Part shown: piece after piece, positions 59,612-64,000 of the stretch
Layout of the letters: each line of letters starts with the position of its first letter
Numbering within the stretch: position 1 is the stretch's first letter
Sequence record: SRR20825010_1231
DNA: 64,000 nucleotides
Reading direction: 5' to 3' (one strand)
Program-made: the position numbers and the translations under genes
Notes under the pieces: model-generated
Told to the model about the DNA's origin: nothing
Databases searched by the model: none
Seen by the model: only the letters and a program-made list of their open reading frames with translations

Positions 59612-61078
59612 ATGCCACGGCCTGCCTTTTACAGAGCTCTTCTCTCACTATGTGTCGCCGGTCTTCTATCCAGCAGCGGATTGGTTCTCAATGCCGAGGA
59701 TTCCGGTCCGGTCTTTCGGGCCGGAGCTGCCACCAGCAACATCACACCGCCACTGGGCGAGATGATTGTCGGCGGTTGGAAACCAATCCCAGCCACCAAT
59801 GTGCATGACGAACTTCACGCTCGCTGCCTGGTGCTGGATGACGGCAACACGAAGCTTGCTATCGTCCTTTGCGACAATGTCGGCATCCCTGAAGAAGTCT
59901 TTGATCTCGCCAAACAGCAAGCCTCTGATGCGACCGGGTTGCCAGTCTCGAACATGCTGTTGGCATCCACGCACACTCATTCGGCAACCACCGCTCGCGG
60001 TGGTTTGAAGACAGCCAACGAAACCGAGCTGACAAACTACCAAACCTTTGTTGCCCATCGAATCTCGGACGGCATCCGTCGTGCGTTGGCAAATCTGGAA
60101 CCGGCCAAGATTGGTTGGGGCACCGCGGAGGAACCGTCCGAAGTCTTCAACCGTCGCTGGTTCGTCACTGACGCCAGCCTGTTGGCCAATCCTTTTGGCG
60201 GCATCGATCAAGTCCGGATGAACCCACCTCGCGGCAGTGCCAAACTGGATCGACCAGCGGGTCCGACCGATCCTGAAATCAGCTTTGTCTCAGTGCAAAG
60301 CCCTGACGGCCGCCCGATCGCTTTGCTGGCGAACTATTCCCTGCACTATGTCGGCGGCGTTCGATCTGGCGAAGTCTCAGCGGATTACTTTGGCTACTTT
60401 GGGAAATTCATCGAAGAGAAACTTGATGCAACCGACCAGTCGCCACCGTTTGTCGGCATCCTATCCAACGGTACCAGTGGCGATGTGAACAACATCAACT
60501 TTGCTGACAAATCGCCCCAAAAGCACGAACCCTACGAGAAGATGCAGGAGGTTGCGAAGAAGGTCGCCAGCCGCGTGTTCGAAGCCCACCAACAGATTGT
60601 GTTCCATGACTGGGTGCCACTCGCCGCCGAACACACGACCTTGACGCTGAAGACCAGACAGCCGACGCCGGAGATGATTTCCCACTTTGAACAGATCAAC
60701 CGTGACGACGATGAGAACCCCAGAAGCGGCCATCGCCGTGAAGAGATCTATGCGGATCGAATCGCGAAAATTTTGGCTGGTCCCAAGGAAGTGGAAATTC
60801 AACTGCAGGCATTGCGAATTGGCGATTTGGGAATCGCGGCGATCCCGTTTGAAACGTTCACCGAAACGGGACTGGAACTGAAGGATCGCAGTCCCTTCCA
60901 AGACACCTTTACGATTGAACTTGCCAACGGCTCCTTTGGGTACCTGCCGACGCCGCAGCAACATCGCTTGGGCGGCTACGAAACATGGCTGGGGACCAAC
61001 TACGTTGAGAAGGAAGCGACCACGAAGATCGTTGCCTCCCTGCTTGAGATGTTCCAAACTCTCCAAGAGGACAACTGA
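59612..61078 (+). CDS. Neutral/alkaline ceramidase-like exported protein
   Basis: ITPPLG, HDELHAR, STHTHS, SADY, GDVN, LANG..GYLPT. Confidence 0.8.
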   Translation: MPRPAFYRALLSLCVAGLLSSSGLVLNAEDSGPVFRAGAATSNITPPLGEMIVGGWKPIPATNVHDELHARCLVLDDGNTKLAIVLCDNVGIPEEVFDLAKQQASDATGLPVSNMLLASTHTHSATTARGGLKTANETELTNYQTFVAHRISDGIRRALANLEPAKIGWGTAEEPSEVFNRRWFVTDASLLANPFGGIDQVRMNPPRGSAKLDRPAGPTDPEISFVSVQSPDGRPIALLANYSLHYVGGVRSGEVSADYFGYFGKFIEEKLDATDQSPPFVGILSNGTSGDVNNINFADKSPQKHEPYEKMQEVAKKVASRVFEAHQQIVFHDWVPLAAEHTTLTLKTRQPTPEMISHFEQINRDDDENPRSGHRREEIYADRIAKILAGPKEVEIQLQALRIGDLGIAAIPFETFTETGLELKDRSPFQDTFTIELANGSFGYLPTPQQHRLGGYETWLGTNYVEKEATTKIVASLLEMFQTLQEDN

Positions 61079-62556
61079 TGCGTTGGCTTGTTGGTTGGAT
61101 CATGGCGACGCTCACGATGTTACCGTTGCTCGGCACTGCAACGGCAGCCGAAACGAGCCAACCGAATTTCATCATCGTCTACTGTGACAACCTTGGTTAC
61201 GGCGACATTGAACCTTTCGGGTCGACGCTGCATCGCACCCCCAACCTGAATCGCATGGCAAGGGAAGGGCGAACGTTCACCCATTTCTGCGTCACCGCCG
61301 GTGTCTGCACCCCATCACGTGCCAGCATCATGACTGGATGCTTTGCGCAACGGGTCGGCATGCACTTGAACGATCGAGACGGTGCGGTTCTGCGACCTGT
61401 CTCTCCCTATGGTTTGCATCCAGACGAGATCACGATCGCGGAAGAACTCAAGCAACAGAACTACGCCACCGCACTGGTTGGAAAATGGCACCTGGGTGAC
61501 CAACCAGAGTTCCTGCCAACTCGCCAAGGGTTTGATTGGTTCTTCGGCGTTCCATATTCCGACGACATGACCGAGCGAATTTGGAAACAAGACGGATCGC
61601 ACTGGCCGCCGTTGCCCTTGATGGAAAACGAAACGGTCATCGAAGCCCCCTGCAATCGAGACGGGCTAACCAAGCGGTACACCGAACGGGCGATGCAGTG
61701 GATCGCCGAACACAAGGACGAACCGTTCTTCTTGTACTTCCCACAAGCCATGCCCGGCAGCACCAAGACGCCGTTTTCCAGTGACGCGTTCCGCGGTAAG
61801 AGTCGCAACGGGCCATGGGGTGATGCGGTCGAAGAACTGGACTGGTCGATCGGCCAGATGTTGGACCAACTCGTCAAACTGGGCATCGCGGAAAAGACGT
61901 TTGTGATTTGGACCTCCGACAACGGCGCCCCCATCAACCGCGATCCAGATGACTTGAGCCGAGGTTCCAACCTGCCACTTCACGGTCGCGGGTACACGAC
62001 CAGCGAAGGTGCCTTTCGTGTGCCCACGATCGCCTGGCAACCTGGAAGAGTCCCCGCGGGAACTCAATGCGACGAACTGGCAACCACGATGGATTTGCTG
62101 CCCACGTTTGCGAATTTGGCCGGTTGCAAACTGCCGACGGATCGCAAACTTGATGGTCACGACATCGCACCACTGTTGTTTGGTCTCCCCAACGCCAAGA
62201 CGCCGTACGAGGCGTTTTACTACTACCATCAAGATCAACTGCAAGCCGTCCGCTCCGGTCCCTGGAAAATGTTCCTGCCGGTCGATGCGTCACCCGGACA
62301 TCCCCACTTCAACGCGACGCAGGAACCCACGACGCTTTTATTCAACGTGGTTGATGACATCGCGTGCCAGCACAACGTTGCCGACACACATCCCGAGTTG
62401 ATCGTCCGACTGACTGTCTTGGCAGACCAGGCACGCAATGACCTAGGGGACAAAGACCAACTCGGAAACGGCCAACGCCCAATCGGAAAATCCGTGCGTG
62501 TTTCGTCTCAACGTTTGGAAACGCCACCGAGCGAATCAAGCCAACCGGACTCGTGA
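61078..62556 (+). CDS. Arylsulfatase (FGly-dependent)
   Basis: DNLGYGD, CTPSRAS, GKWHLG, SDNG. Confidence 0.92.
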   Translation: MRWLVGWIMATLTMLPLLGTATAAETSQPNFIIVYCDNLGYGDIEPFGSTLHRTPNLNRMAREGRTFTHFCVTAGVCTPSRASIMTGCFAQRVGMHLNDRDGAVLRPVSPYGLHPDEITIAEELKQQNYATALVGKWHLGDQPEFLPTRQGFDWFFGVPYSDDMTERIWKQDGSHWPPLPLMENETVIEAPCNRDGLTKRYTERAMQWIAEHKDEPFFLYFPQAMPGSTKTPFSSDAFRGKSRNGPWGDAVEELDWSIGQMLDQLVKLGIAEKTFVIWTSDNGAPINRDPDDLSRGSNLPLHGRGYTTSEGAFRVPTIAWQPGRVPAGTQCDELATTMDLLPTFANLAGCKLPTDRKLDGHDIAPLLFGLPNAKTPYEAFYYYHQDQLQAVRSGPWKMFLPVDASPGHPHFNATQEPTTLLFNVVDDIACQHNVADTHPELIVRLTVLADQARNDLGDKDQLGNGQRPIGKSVRVSSQRLETPPSESSQPDS

Positions 62557-62580
62557 TCTCGAACGACCGGGTTCCATCTC

Positions 62581-62659
62581 GTGAGCCGTTTGGGCGTTCG
62601 CCCCGGTTGTGCGTGGAAACCGTGGCTCGTGGAAACCGTGGCTAGCACCAAACAGCTCA
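62581..62659. repeat. REP-like palindrome with internal 16-bp duplication
   Basis: gtgagccgtttgggcgttcgccccggtt ... aaccgtggctagcaccaaacagctca; cgtggaaaccgtggct twice; related in inverted orientation to 36383-36446. Confidence 0.75.
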
Positions 62660-62708
62660 GATCCCCCATGACACCTGCGTACCTGTTTGACTTCCTCAAG
62701 GATCCAAC

Positions 62709-64000
62709 ATGTCTCTCCTCCATTTCGGTTCCCGTGTCTTTCCGCTCACCGTTTGGATGCTTGCCGCTCTCTGCTTCCATGCCTGCGTTCCAAAACTACT
62801 GAGAGCCGATTCGAACGACCGACCAAACATTGTGCTGATTCTTGCCGACGACCTCGGCTATGGAGACCTGGGTTGCTACGGCAATGACGAGCAAGCAACG
62901 CCGGTCTTGGATCGGCTGGCCACTCAAGGTGTCCGCTGGACGCAAGCCTATGCCAACGGTCCAGAATGCTCGCCCACTCGAGCAGCACTTTTGACGGGTC
63001 GCTATCAACAACACGTGGGCGGCTTGGAATGTGCGATTGGAGTTGGCAACGTCGGTCGCTACGACGATGCGATTCGATTGCACTTGGTCAACGAACTGGG
63101 ATTGCCCGCCGATCGGCCGACGTTGGCGAAGCGACTGTCCTCCGTCGGCTATGAGACCGCATTGTTCGGTAAGTGGCATCTCGGGTACGAAGCCAAGTTC
63201 TCACCAATGATGCACGGGTTCGATGAGGCGTTGTACTGCATCGGCGGTGCAATGGATTATTACCACTACCTCGACTCCGTCGCCACATACAACCTGTTCC
63301 ACAACGGTCGACCGATCAGCGGCGAAGGTTACTTCACCGACACGATCACAGACCATGCAGTGCGATATATCGGCGACCGAAACGCCAACGACAAACCGTT
63401 CTTTCTGTACTTGCCTTACACCGCACCGCACACTCCTTACCAGGCGCCCGGCGAGTCTCCCGTCGATCCACTGCCGCTTGATTCACCGCTTTGGAAACAG
63501 AACGCCGATCCGCCGGGTGTTTACCGAGCCATGGTGCATCACATGGACGAAGGCATTGGAAAGGTACTTCATGCAATCGAGGAATCGGAAATGACCGATC
63601 GCACACTGGTGATTTTCGCCAGTGACAATGGCGGCACTTCCGCGAGTCGCAACGAACCACTGCGAGGATTCAAAGGCCAGGCGTTTGAGGGAGGAATCCG
63701 TGTTCCTTTGATCGCTCGTTGGCCTGGACATTTGCCCGAGGGCGTGGTCAGCGACCAAGTCACGATCACATTCGATCTGACCGCGTCGATGTTGGCCGCC
63801 GCTGGGATCACGCCCACTCAAGAGGACGCGATGGAGGGAATTGATGTGCTTTCACTCGCCGCGACCGATGAACCGGTTCAACCTCGCACGCTGTATTGGC
63901 GAAAGCCTCGCGACCCTCAAGTCTGGAGCGGCATGCGTGACGGGAACTGGAAATATGTCCGTAAAGAAAAAGCCACCGTTGACGGTCGAACCTCCATCCA
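62709..64000 (+). CDS. Sulfatase, running off the window end (absent from the ORF track)
   Basis: Manual translation: MSLLHFG...RPNIVLILADDLGYGDLGCYG...ECSPTRAALLTGRY...GKWHLG...SDNGG. Confidence 0.9.
   Translation, partial: MSLLHFGSRVFPLTVWMLAALCFHACVPKLLRADSNDRPNIVLILADDLGYGDLGCYGNDEQATPVLDRLATQGVRWTQAYANGPECSPTRAALLTGRYQQHVGGLECAIGVGNVGRYDDAIRLHLVNELGLPADRPTLAKRLSSVGYETALFGKWHLGYEAKFSPMMHGFDEALYCIGGAMDYYHYLDSVATYNLFHNGRPISGEGYFTDTITDHAVRYIGDRNANDKPFFLYLPYTAPHTPYQAPGESPVDPLPLDSPLWKQNADPPGVYRAMVHHMDEGIGKVLHAIEESEMTDRTLVIFASDNGGTSASRNEPLRGFKGQAFEGGIRVPLIARWPGHLPEGVVSDQVTITFDLTASMLAAAGITPTQEDAMEGIDVLSLAATDEPVQPRTLYWRKPRDPQVWSGMRDGNWKYVRKEKATVDGRTSI

Noticed and set aside
1-64000. tRNA/rRNA genes, IS transposases, integrases, prophage genes
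   Set aside because: None recognised by eye; tRNAscan-SE and ISEScan would be needed to exclude them formally.

Overview
This 64-kb window reads as a planctomycete chromosome. Rhodopirellula-like affinity is inferred from gene content: a DUF1501 + DUF1549/DUF1553 cytochrome pair, four sulfatases, an ECF sigma/Ser-Thr kinase pair, FhcB, and a divergent EF-G in the str operon. The first ~38 kb is accessory: a DUF1570 peptidase, a WXG100-like/HEAT/toxin-like gene run, a c-di-GMP-I riboswitch ahead of tad minor-pilin genes, a sulfatase-FAD oxidoreductase-FMN-binding operon, a CHASE2-type adenylate cyclase, a TIGR04222-like protein, ECF-kinase, a GxxExxY nuclease next to two ~94-bp palindromes, a hemD-hemE fusion and trmB. 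From 38.6 to 57.7 kb lie the str, S10 and spc ribosomal clusters, with no tuf and no rpmD, ending at adk. More hydrolases and sulfatases follow. The strongest leads are (1) the GxxExxY nuclease with its paired triple-subunit palindromes, (2) the GEMM-I riboswitch over the tad genes, (3) a nested REP/REPIN structure with an 11-bp direct repeat, (4) the WXG100-like and nuclease-toxin-like genes, and (5) a native K88R in S12. All calls come from motif recognition by eye; no searches were run, and several start codons were re-chosen relative to the ORF track.
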